Source: Promethearchaeota archaeon (GTDB lineage Archaea; Asgardarchaeota; Lokiarchaeia; Sigyniarchaeales; SOKP01). From it: a stretch of DNA of 44,872 bases. Positions within the stretch are counted from its first letter, which is position 1. The number at the start of each line of letters is the position of its first letter. The position numbers were made by a program, and so were the translations under genes. The notes below the pieces were generated by a model. It was not told the DNA's origin, did no database searches, and saw only the letters and a list, made by a program, of their open reading frames with translations. Positions 29,216 to 37,711 of the stretch are shown here, piece after piece. The stretch is from contig JBHLPW010000043.1 in the NCBI GenBank assembly GCA_048939015.1, forward strand, positions 1,799-46,670, written 5' to 3'.

Positions 29216-29749
29216 ATGAAAAAGGACAAACCTATGAGTGAATCTAATTTTAGGTTCATGATCAAACATTTTCAAAACCGTGATAAAAAATATCCCCCTC
29301 TTAAAAAAATTGAAAAAACAAGCATTAAAAATGGTAGTATAGTCTTAGATTATGGTTGTGGGCCTGGAAGTTATACTATTGCTGCTGCAAAGGTAGTTGG
29401 TAATACAGGAAAGGTTTATGCTGTGGATATTCATCCTTTAGCAATTGAGGAAGTTGAAAAAAGGGCGAAAAAGGAAGGCCTTAGAAATATTAAAACCATC
29501 CTAACTGATTGTGATACTAATTTAGAAGACAATAGTATTGATAATGTATTGCTTTTAGACATTTATCACGATTTATCAGACCCATTGAGTATATTAAAAG
29601 AGTTGCACCGAGTTTTAAAAAAAGATGGGTTTCTTTCTGTAGATGACCATCATTTTAATGAAGATGAGATTAGAAATAAGATTATAAGCTTTAAGTTGTT
29701 TGAATTTGTTGAAAGAAAGGAGGAACTCCTTAATTTTAAAAAAATATAA
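29216..29749 (+). CDS. Class I SAM-dependent methyltransferase
   Basis: VLDYGCGPG, VYAVDIHP, ELHRVLKKDG; ATG 29216 preferred over TTG 29150, which overlaps the E1 gene. Confidence 0.9.
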   Translation: MKKDKPMSESNFRFMIKHFQNRDKKYPPLKKIEKTSIKNGSIVLDYGCGPGSYTIAAAKVVGNTGKVYAVDIHPLAIEEVEKRAKKEGLRNIKTILTDCDTNLEDNSIDNVLLLDIYHDLSDPLSILKELHRVLKKDGFLSVDDHHFNEDEIRNKIISFKLFEFVERKEELLNFKKI

Positions 29750-29773
29750 ATTTTTTGAGTATTGAATTTAAGT

Positions 29774-30388
29774 TTATATAGGTTTATTTATCTTGTTATT
29801 GACTAATTTTATTAAATCGTCTATAAAATAAGATTCAATATCAGCATTTTTCCCGGTTATTAGATCATTATCTAAATCCCCAAAAAAAATCATATCTTTT
29901 TTTTTAACATTGAAATGTTTTTTAATTTTAAATAACCCATCGGGAGCAGGTTTCCATTTCCTAACGTCTTCCCTACCGACGATATAATCTATCTTATTTG
30001 TGATACTTGCGAGTTCTAAAGCCGTAATTATAGTTTTTCTTGTATTAAGAGAGAGGATGGCAAATTTTGCTTCTTTTTTGATACCAAATAGCTCTTTATT
30101 AATTATAAAATTTACAGTCTCTTTAATTGGATGAGCTTGATTCACGCTTTCTAATTCAAATTCTCTAATAATATCAAAGAAGTCTTGTAATATTGTTTCA
30201 TCTCCCCTTTGAACAACTTCATTAAGACAAGAAGAAATTCTTTTAACATTACAATCTTCACCATAATATTCTTTGAATTTATCAATTAAAATATCTTTCA
30301 AAAGGCTCCAATCAGCTGATAACTTTATCACTGTCCCATCTAAGTCAAACACAATTACTTTTTTATTCTTAAGGGAATGAGTCAGCAT
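29774..30388 (-). CDS. HAD-superfamily hydrolase (phosphoglycolate phosphatase-like)
   Basis: FDLDGT, SLN, KPAPDG, GDLDND motifs. Confidence 0.9.
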   Translation of the reverse strand: MLTHSLKNKKVIVFDLDGTVIKLSADWSLLKDILIDKFKEYYGEDCNVKRISSCLNEVVQRGDETILQDFFDIIREFELESVNQAHPIKETVNFIINKELFGIKKEAKFAILSLNTRKTIITALELASITNKIDYIVGREDVRKWKPAPDGLFKIKKHFNVKKKDMIFFGDLDNDLITGKNADIESYFIDDLIKLVNNKINKPI

Positions 30389-30484
30389 CTTAATTATATT
30401 TTATTCTAAAATTAACTAATAGTAGAATTGTGGTTTTATTTAATATCTTTAGATATTGAAATATAAAATTTTAATGTGTAAAAC

Positions 30485-30546
30485 AAAAGATTTATATATG
30501 TATGGAAAACATGTATTACATGAGAAACATGAAAAACATAATAAAA
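30485..30546 (+). promoter_or_regulatory. BRE/TATA promoter followed by a 9-bp direct-repeat array (putative operator)
   Basis: AAAAGA-TTTATATA (TATA 30491-30498), then ATGGAAAAC ATGTATTAC ATGAGAAAC ATGAAAAAC ATAATAAAA (30502-30546) upstream of the AbrB gene. Confidence 0.6.
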
Positions 30547-30557
30547 TGTGAATACTT

Positions 30558-30824
30558 ATGGCTAAAAAAAAACCTAGACATATAACTAGACATGGAAGAC
30601 ATAGCTTATTCTATGGAGCTGTAACAGTAGGTGAGAGAGGACAAATTACAATCCCTGCTGCTGCACGGAAAACATTTGATATTTTACCTGGAGATAAAAT
30701 TTTAGTTTTTGGAGATATTAATAAAGGTATAGGTTTAGTTAAAGAAGATAAATTGAAGGATATTGCAATGGACATGTTTCATGTTTTAAAATCCGATGAA
30801 AATAATGAAGGGGGTAATGAATAA
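30558..30824 (+). CDS. AbrB/MazE/SpoVT-family DNA-binding protein
   Basis: 'VTVGERGQITIPAAARKTFDILPGDKILV' swapped-hairpin signature. Confidence 0.92.
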   Translation: MAKKKPRHITRHGRHSLFYGAVTVGERGQITIPAAARKTFDILPGDKILVFGDINKGIGLVKEDKLKDIAMDMFHVLKSDENNEGGNE

Positions 30825-31367
30825 ATGAGTAAATGTAGTTTAAAAAAATCGCACAGTAATCTAGATTTCAAATTTATGTCCTTTTTCTTTTCTATTCGTG
30901 ATACTTTTCATTCACCAATGTTAAAGATCAAAAAATCAGAAATTAAAGCTGGAGATGTTGTATTAGACTATGGATGTGGTTCTGGTAGCTATACAATTCC
31001 CGCTGCAGAAGTAGTAGGTCAATCTGGGAAGGTATTCGCAGCAGATATTCATCCTCTAGCAATTAAAAAAGTGCAAAAAAGAGCAGCTAAAAAAGAAATA
31101 ACGAATATCATAACTATTCAGACAGATTGTGATACTGGATTGGACGATCAAAGTATAGATGTAATAATCTGTTTTGATGTTATGCATGATATTCCAGATA
31201 AGGAAAAGCTTATTAAAGAGTGGCATCGTATCTTAAAAAATGGAGGCACATTAGGATTTGATGACCACCATGCAAAAGAAGAAGAGATATTAACGATTAT
31301 TACAAAAGGGAATTTGTTTAAACTTGAAAAAAAGAGTGAAAAATTATATTTGTTTAATAAACTTTAA
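30825..31367 (+). CDS. Class I SAM-dependent methyltransferase (paralog of 29216-29749)
   Basis: VLDYGCGSGSYTIPAAEVVG..GKVFAADIHPLAI, QTDCDTGLDD.SID, DDHH; starts immediately after the AbrB stop. Confidence 0.9.
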   Translation: MSKCSLKKSHSNLDFKFMSFFFSIRDTFHSPMLKIKKSEIKAGDVVLDYGCGSGSYTIPAAEVVGQSGKVFAADIHPLAIKKVQKRAAKKEITNIITIQTDCDTGLDDQSIDVIICFDVMHDIPDKEKLIKEWHRILKNGGTLGFDDHHAKEEEILTIITKGNLFKLEKKSEKLYLFNKL

Positions 31368-31456
31368 TTTTCATTTTATTTTTTTTTAATTTAATTTCTT
31401 CTTTCTCCTAAAAATATCTAAAATTCATGCCTAGCTCTACCTGATTTAATAATTAT

Positions 31457-31984
31457 TTAAAATTCAAATTCTTCAGCTTTTTTAAGGGTAGAAAACGATT
31501 GTAATGTATCATTATGATGCGCTATTATCTGTGGTGCTTTTAAGATTTCAGAATCCATTGTACTATGAGCATCTTCTATTAAAAATACCTCATATCTATG
31601 ACTAAATGCAGATCTTACAGTAGTATCAATACACATTGATGTTATTAAGCCAGTAATGACGAGACGGGAGATTCCGAGTTTTTTCAATTCTTCATCTAAT
31701 GCAGTATCAAAAAATGAATCGGAATTATGCTTTTGAATAATTATATCTTCATTTAAAGGTGCTATTTAAGACCGAATTTTCCAGTTTTCAGAACCAGTTT
31801 CTAATCGCTTCCCTTTAGAGTCATTATGTTGAATATAAAATATTGGAATTTTTGTCTTACGAGCTTTTTCAATGAGAATTTGAAGATTATTTAATAATTC
31901 TTCTTCATTATAGATTGGGAATCCTTCAATAGTGAACAACCCATTTTGGACATCTATAATTAATAAAGCAGTTCTGTCAAGCAT
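31457..31984 (-). pseudogene. Isochorismatase-family cysteine hydrolase interrupted by one in-frame TAA
   Basis: ALLIIDVQ N-terminus; TAA at 31766-31768; the same frame continues IAPLNEDIIIQKHNSDSFFDTALDEELKKLG...TSMCIDTTVRSA. Confidence 0.88.
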
Positions 31985-32034
31985 AATTATATTGTAAAAA
32001 TTAAAAATAAGATATTAAAAAAGGTTAATTTCCT

Positions 32035-32553
32035 TCAATCTTTTGCATATTTGTCAGCCCAGGCTTTTGCTTTAGCCTCAAACTTCTTTTGAGCACGGAA
32101 ATATTGCTCTCCCGCTTCATGATTCAAGGGATCTCCAGGATTAAAGAAGGGAGGCTCAACATGCATCATACCTTTTAAAGCCTCTATAATGTTAGTAAGA
32201 GTTTTGCTTGGAGTCCAACCAGAAGCTCCAGTACTCGCATCTACTTTTCCGACTAAATCTGGATTAATTAAATCTAAACAAATATTAAGTTTTCCAGGCG
32301 GAATAGAACTATCAATATTAGGATGCCACATTAATGTAACTGCATAGGCATACGGGGGTGCGAAAGGGTAATTCTCGGGGAATTTAATCTCAAATACGAA
32401 CTTACCATCTGCATAGGGAGTACCTTTTTTCCCAATAATAGTCAGTCTTAAATGATCGATACTTCTTCCCCATGGCTCTAAAATAACAAGAGGATCGGTC
32501 TTATATGCCTCGATCGCTTCAGTATAATCTGTTTCTTCTCTGATGATTATCAC
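32035..32553 (-). CDS. Ubiquitin-conjugating enzyme E2 (UBC fold)
   Basis: GTPYADGKF, FPENYPFAPP, WHPNI, catalytic ICLD (Cys92), WTP, DPLN. Confidence 0.95.
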   Translation of the reverse strand: MIIIREETDYTEAIEAYKTDPLVILEPWGRSIDHLRLTIIGKKGTPYADGKFVFEIKFPENYPFAPPYAYAVTLMWHPNIDSSIPPGKLNICLDLINPDLVGKVDASTGASGWTPSKTLTNIIEALKGMMHVEPPFFNPGDPLNHEAGEQYFRAQKKFEAKAKAWADKYAKD

Positions 32554-32799
32554 CCATCATTTAATTTTATATTTAAATTGTATATGTAATATTAGTTTGA
32601 TTTTATAAAATTATAGATTAATATATTAAAAATTTTTCATAACAAAATTATTTTACTGTTTTTAGGAGTATAAATTTTGAGATAATAAACTTATAAAGTA
32701 ATTCTTTTTGAACTTTACTCTTCAAAAAAATCTAATTTTTGTTATCCTTTAATTATTGGATAATATTTTTGCGTTATTAGATAATCTGAATCTAAAAAA

Positions 32800-32816
32800 C
32801 GAAAAAAATATATAAA
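32800..32816 (+). promoter_or_regulatory. Probable BRE/TATA of the tRNA-Tyr gene
   Basis: CGAAAAAAATATATAAA ending about 30 nt upstream of tRNA position 1. Confidence 0.5.
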
Positions 32817-32845
32817 TTCTATAATTACTTAATTTAAAAAATAAT

Positions 32846-32999
32846 CCCTCCCTAACTCAGTGGTCAGAGTGCTCGGCTGTAGATAATATCGCGTACTAAA
32901 GCATGTAGCTAATGAAGATACGTCAGCCGAAACCGAGCGGTCCCCGGCTCGAAATATGGATTTGAATCGAATCCAACAAGATTCCGGGGGGAGGGACCA
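32846..32999 (+). tRNA. trnY: tRNA-Tyr(GTA) with two introns (37/38: ~32883-32931; 59/60: ~32954-32982) and encoded CCA
   Basis: Acceptor CCCTCCC/GGGAGGG + A73 + CCA (archaeal Tyr identity C1:G72, A73); D arm ACTC/GAGT; anticodon stem CTCGG/CCGAG with CT-GTA-G; T stem CCCGG/CCGGG; T-run after the 3' end. Confidence 0.92.
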
Positions 33000-33039
33000 C
33001 TTTTTCTGATTTAATAAACAAAAATTATTAATAATAAAA

Positions 33040-34977
33040 TTAGAGATTCTTTTTCTTTCTAACAGACGATCTATAGATTATATAAGTAATTGGTATAAGA
33101 CTTAATAGACAAAATATGCTTACGTTATATCCCGAAATTAATGGTGGTTTCTCTAATGATTTTTCTAAATATGTAATATCCTCTGAATATAATTGAACTA
33201 ATACCTCATCTCCATATTCTAATCTTAATCTATTTGGTTTATTAACTAATGAGATATTTATTGTTGTTGTCCCATTTATCCATATCCATTCATTATATAC
33301 GAGTCCATTAGAGTCATAAATTAAAAGTTGTACCTGTTGAGAATATGGGTAATTATTTAATGGTTCATTAAGATCTATAATCGTAACCTCTAAGATCTGT
33401 TGATTATCATCATAAAGGAATTCCAAAAAATTATACTTTGGAAGATAAGGATTATCATACCATGGAAAAAAGAACCAATCCAGTGAAGATCCATATATAC
33501 TCTCCATTGCTAGTTGTAAATCGGAAAGCATAGCAATTTTATAAACGTTTTGTGTAAAGTAAAGTTTTAATCCATTTAGGAAAATTGTATTACCAATAGT
33601 TCTGCGTAATTTCTCAAGGATTAATGGAGCTTTATAGTATCCAGTAAAAATATAATTATCTGCATGAATGGCGTCATATACAGATGCATTGATTCTTGAA
33701 GGTAAACCCTCAATTATATAATAAGTTCTTACCCTATCAATATATCTAGTGTATTGGAAATATTCCCAATTACCATAATTAATTTCTGCATAATAATCTG
33801 TTGACCAACATGCCAATCCTTCATCCAAAAAACCCCAATCAACCTCATCATTCCCCACCAAGTTGTACCACCATTGATGCGAAGTCTCATGCACAATAAT
33901 TCTTTCTAAACCCCACAAAGGATATGGCCATTCATCGAGTGCTTCAGTAATATAGACTTGGCAAGGGTATTCCATTCCACCATAATTAGTATATTCTTCA
34001 ACAATGTTGAATGTAGAATAAGTATAATTACCAAAAGTTTGATTAAATAGAGTTAAAGCTTGTATCCCATAGTTTAATGCGTAAGTTTGCCATATAAATT
34101 GAGATTCTGGTATATAATAAACTGAGATATTAACTCCTCTGATTACATCAGATTCAACAATAAACCATTTTGATGCTGAGAATGTTATTTCTCGTACAGG
34201 AAACATAGGACTAAAGTGGTATAAGTTATTTGCCCCCTTATCCGTTTTTTTTATCAATTCTCCGGTAGCGGCAATAACAAAATCATTTGGTGCTTCAAGA
34301 AAGAGATTATAATAAGCCATATCATAATAAAAAGGATCACCAACCCAAAGATAAGGATCAGTGTTCCATCCATCATATTTATCATAAACACAAGGCATTG
34401 GATAAAAGGCACTAAATTTATATATTCGAGATTGAGTGCCATCTGAACCATATGAACCTGCCCTATCAAAACCAATTTCTGTACTTCCATCAGGAATAAT
34501 AGATTTGAAAGTTATTTCAAATTTAACTCGATGATAAGGTTCCAACTCTGATTCTAAATATACCCATAAAAGCTGAGCACTTTCATTTATTTCAAAATAT
34601 AGAGGAGTTCTCGGTACATTGAAAGTAGTAACGTTCAAGATCTCAATACTTCCGATTCTAGTATAATATACCATTCCTGATAAGAAGAGATGAAAAGGAA
34701 TTTTTGTGAGATTAAGAGGATCATTATTATAATAATCTACGGTTAAATTTCCAGTCACACTTGAAGAAATTGGATCAAAAGAAATTGATAGATTATAATG
34801 TGAGAAATTTCCATTATTGAATGATAATTTTGGCATTAAATTATGTTCCTTATTGGAATTGTTTGAAAATTCTATGGACTTATCTAAATTTTGTGGTAGC
34901 TGTACTAGGTTAAAGATGTTAAATACACATAAAAATGAAATAAACAATATTATGGGAACTTTAAGCTTAGAATTCAA
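33040..34977 (-). CDS. Secreted M1-family zinc aminopeptidase with Loki-CTERM-like anchor
   Basis: N-terminal signal/TM; GGMEY, HETSHQWW...LDEG, YYKA; C-terminal ISGY + TM + basic tail. Confidence 0.92.
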   Translation of the reverse strand: MNSKLKVPIILFISFLCVFNIFNLVQLPQNLDKSIEFSNNSNKEHNLMPKLSFNNGNFSHYNLSISFDPISSSVTGNLTVDYYNNDPLNLTKIPFHLFLSGMVYYTRIGSIEILNVTTFNVPRTPLYFEINESAQLLWVYLESELEPYHRVKFEITFKSIIPDGSTEIGFDRAGSYGSDGTQSRIYKFSAFYPMPCVYDKYDGWNTDPYLWVGDPFYYDMAYYNLFLEAPNDFVIAATGELIKKTDKGANNLYHFSPMFPVREITFSASKWFIVESDVIRGVNISVYYIPESQFIWQTYALNYGIQALTLFNQTFGNYTYSTFNIVEEYTNYGGMEYPCQVYITEALDEWPYPLWGLERIIVHETSHQWWYNLVGNDEVDWGFLDEGLACWSTDYYAEINYGNWEYFQYTRYIDRVRTYYIIEGLPSRINASVYDAIHADNYIFTGYYKAPLILEKLRRTIGNTIFLNGLKLYFTQNVYKIAMLSDLQLAMESIYGSSLDWFFFPWYDNPYLPKYNFLEFLYDDNQQILEVTIIDLNEPLNNYPYSQQVQLLIYDSNGLVYNEWIWINGTTTINISLVNKPNRLRLEYGDEVLVQLYSEDITYLEKSLEKPPLISGYNVSIFCLLSLIPITYIIYRSSVRKKKNL

Positions 34978-35229
34978 TTTAAACAGACTAAATAATTTAT
35001 GTTAAATATAGATACACTTATTTTTCAATATTTAAGTTTTTAATTAGTTCATGCATCTTGTTTTATTATTACATCGATTCCTTGATATCTTGACTGTTTA
35101 ATTTTTATAGATACTTGTATTCTTAATTATTCTCCGCAAACTTCTTATTTGGGACGTCATTATTTTAATTAAATCGTAAAAGAGTTTGAACAAAAGAAAG
35201 CTCAATAAGAGTAAGGAGAAATAAATCAT

Positions 35230-35658
35230 ATGAGTCCGAATGACGACAATTTCGATCAACATGAATTAGAAAAAATTCGTATGAAAAAAATGAAAGCAAT
35301 GATGGAGGCTAAAAAGAGACAAGAAGCTGCTCAAGAACGCGTCATAACTGTTTCTGAAAAAATAGATTTTGTCTTACGGGTCGTTTTAGCTCCAGATGCA
35401 TATACTCATTTAAACAATATAAAGAACAATGAACCTTATGTTTATCAAGCTATGTATAATGAGCTAATAAGTTCAGATGTTGTAGAAAATGTTGATTATT
35501 TAATCGCAATAATACAGCAGAGAGGGGGCGTTCCAAGAAGAATACCTCTAGATGCAATTATTTATTTAGAACGGAAAGCTAAAGGAATAAGATCTAAGAT
35601 ACAGGTAAAACGAGGAGATGATATGATGGATTTAAGTTCTTTTCTCACTAAAGATTAA
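35230..35658 (+). CDS. PDCD5-like (archaeal dsDNA-binding family) protein, divergent
   Basis: 'ELEKIRMKKM...VLRVVLAPDAYTHLNNIK...P' resembles the PDCD5 consensus 'ELE.IR...L...ILRQIL.PEARERL.NI...P'. Confidence 0.6.
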   Translation: MSPNDDNFDQHELEKIRMKKMKAMMEAKKRQEAAQERVITVSEKIDFVLRVVLAPDAYTHLNNIKNNEPYVYQAMYNELISSDVVENVDYLIAIIQQRGGVPRRIPLDAIIYLERKAKGIRSKIQVKRGDDMMDLSSFLTKD

Positions 35659-35663
35659 AAATT

Positions 35664-36218
35664 TTATTGTTCTCTTCCCGAAATAATTGCTATTACTTCC
35701 CATTCATTATCTGGCAGAAAATTTGCATTTATATCAAAAAATTGAAAAGCAAAAGGTCTTCCAAATATTTGCTCAACCATAAAACCAAAAGAGCTTATCG
35801 CAAAAATAAAAATCCTCTTTAAAATTGACTCTGTGGACGTTTGAATATTTAGTTGATGTATCACATCTTCAATTACTTCAACTTCCTTATTATTATAATG
35901 GTATTTAAACACTAATTTAAAATCAACAGGAGTTGGGGCTTCTGGTTCTTCAAATGATAACCCGTTCTTCCGAAAATGAAAAAATGTGTTCAAATAAAAA
36001 GTAAAAATTTCTTCATGATGATCTACTAAGAGATGAGAAATGCGAGAGCGTTCTTTATATTTGGGCCAATAATTTTGCATTAACTCTAAAAGTCGAGGGT
36101 AATTTTTATACTTATTTTCGCTCTCCTTTTTTAAGTAATTAAGCAATTGATTCTTTAAAGGCTTGAATTCAGATTGTTGACCGACTCTGGTGATGAATTT
36201 TCGGAAGTTTTGACTCAT
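35664..36218 (-). CDS. Hypothetical protein
   Basis: 184-aa ATG ORF filling the gap between neighbours; no motif recognised. Confidence 0.65.
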   Translation of the reverse strand: MSQNFRKFITRVGQQSEFKPLKNQLLNYLKKESENKYKNYPRLLELMQNYWPKYKERSRISHLLVDHHEEIFTFYLNTFFHFRKNGLSFEEPEAPTPVDFKLVFKYHYNNKEVEVIEDVIHQLNIQTSTESILKRIFIFAISSFGFMVEQIFGRPFAFQFFDINANFLPDNEWEVIAIISGREQ

Positions 36219-36413
36219 TCTCTTAGGATAAAAATAATTTTATATAGATTATTAGTGAATTTATTTATTTTTTTCTATGATATTTTGATAATACAATACA
36301 AGTTCACATATTTATTATTTTTTTAAAATTTATCAATTATTACCTAGAATAATAAAAGAGAATTGAAATTTGTATTACTAAAATTAATAGGATTTTAAAA
36401 TTATATATCAATT

Positions 36414-37607
36414 ATGGTCGATAAAGTCGGTTTGATCTACTCAGAAGAATACCAAAAATACGATTTTGGGAAAAGCCATCCATTAAGACCCATTCGACTC
36501 AAATTAACATATAGTTTAATGGAAAAATTGCATCTCTTAGATCATGAGAGACTTACTCTCATGAAACCCCGATTAGCTACTCGAGAAGAAATTGAAAGAG
36601 TGCATTCCTCACACTACATAGATGCTGTTAAAAAACTAAGTGATAATCCAGACGATAAAACAGTAAACCCTTATCATTATGGACTCGGTCCAGGTGATAA
36701 TCCTGTATTCAAAGGAATGTATGATGCTGCTGCTTTAGTGTGTGGAGCTTCTATTGTAGCAGCAGATACAGTTTGGAAAGATGATGATTTTAAAATTGTT
36801 TTTAATCCTGCGGGAGGTTTACATCATGCTATGAAGGATAAAGCATCAGGTTTTTGTATATTTAATGATATAGGTGTCGCGATAAAACACCTAAAGTCTA
36901 TAAAAGAAGACATTAGAATTGCATATTTAGATATTGATTGTCATCATGGTGATGGTGTTCAATGGTTATTTTATAATGATCCTAACGTTTTAACCATCTC
37001 TTATCATCAGGATGGAAGATTTCTCTTTCCAGGGACAGGAAGTATTAGTGAAATTGGAGAGGGAGATGGAAAAGGGTACTCTATTAATTTTCCATTACTT
37101 CCCGGGACATATAACAAGTCGTTTTTAAATTTGTTTAGAAAAACTACGCCAAAATTATTAGAAGTATATGCGCCAGATATTTTAATAACTCAACTCGGTG
37201 TTGATACATATTTTGGTGATCCTCAAACCGATATGGGGTTTTCTTTAGCAGTGTATAGAGATATTGCTCAAACCATTAAAACTGCTGCTAAAGAATATTG
37301 CCAAAACAAATGGATGGCAGTGGGAGGTGGAGGATATTTAATAACTGCTGTTCCGAGAGCATGGACTATATTTTTAGCAAAGATGCTTGATGTTGAGTTA
37401 AAAAACGAATTACCAGACACTTGGATACAGGAAGTTAAAACCAGTGCCCCATTTGAAGATACACCCTATTTATTATGGGATAGAGGTGAAATTGTAGAAG
37501 TTCAGTTGCTTTCACATCCAGAAATCGCAAAAAGGATTATCGATTATAATAAAAATCTTATTAAGATTTCAGATGAGAAGTATCTACCATATCTAAGTAA
37601 AAATTAA
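36414..37607 (+). CDS. acuC: Zn-dependent histone deacetylase family protein (class I / AcuC-like)
   Basis: HPLRPIR, GGLHHA, ASGFCIFND, DIDCHHGDG, FPGTG, GVD...DP, GGGGY. Confidence 0.9.
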   Translation: MVDKVGLIYSEEYQKYDFGKSHPLRPIRLKLTYSLMEKLHLLDHERLTLMKPRLATREEIERVHSSHYIDAVKKLSDNPDDKTVNPYHYGLGPGDNPVFKGMYDAAALVCGASIVAADTVWKDDDFKIVFNPAGGLHHAMKDKASGFCIFNDIGVAIKHLKSIKEDIRIAYLDIDCHHGDGVQWLFYNDPNVLTISYHQDGRFLFPGTGSISEIGEGDGKGYSINFPLLPGTYNKSFLNLFRKTTPKLLEVYAPDILITQLGVDTYFGDPQTDMGFSLAVYRDIAQTIKTAAKEYCQNKWMAVGGGGYLITAVPRAWTIFLAKMLDVELKNELPDTWIQEVKTSAPFEDTPYLLWDRGEIVEVQLLSHPEIAKRIIDYNKNLIKISDEKYLPYLSKN

Positions 37608-37711
37608 ATTTCTTTACAATAATCATAATTTATTAATCTCCTTATCTCTTCTCATTTATTTATTAGGATTTAAAATTAAATGTAAGACAAAAATATAATT
37701 TATCAGGGCAA

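Noticed and set aside
30502-30546. Repeat array as CRISPR or mini-ORF
   Set aside because: Units are 9 bp without spacers; no CRISPR array or cas gene was seen in the window.
31766-31768. Stop-codon recoding (Sec/Pyl) in the isochorismatase
   Set aside because: The codon is TAA, at a non-catalytic position, and TAA is a common stop in this window.
27580-32553. A complete ubiquitin operon (Ub, RING E3, JAB) or bacterial-type E1-E2 antiviral system
   Set aside because: No ubiquitin-like gene with a C-terminal GG, RING, JAB or CD-NTase was found in the window, and E1 and E2 are on opposite strands.
32883-32931. Possible C/D-box guide RNA in the tRNA intron (ATGAAGA ... CCGA)
   Set aside because: Both boxes are imperfect, the spacer is only 8 nt and no convincing target is visible.
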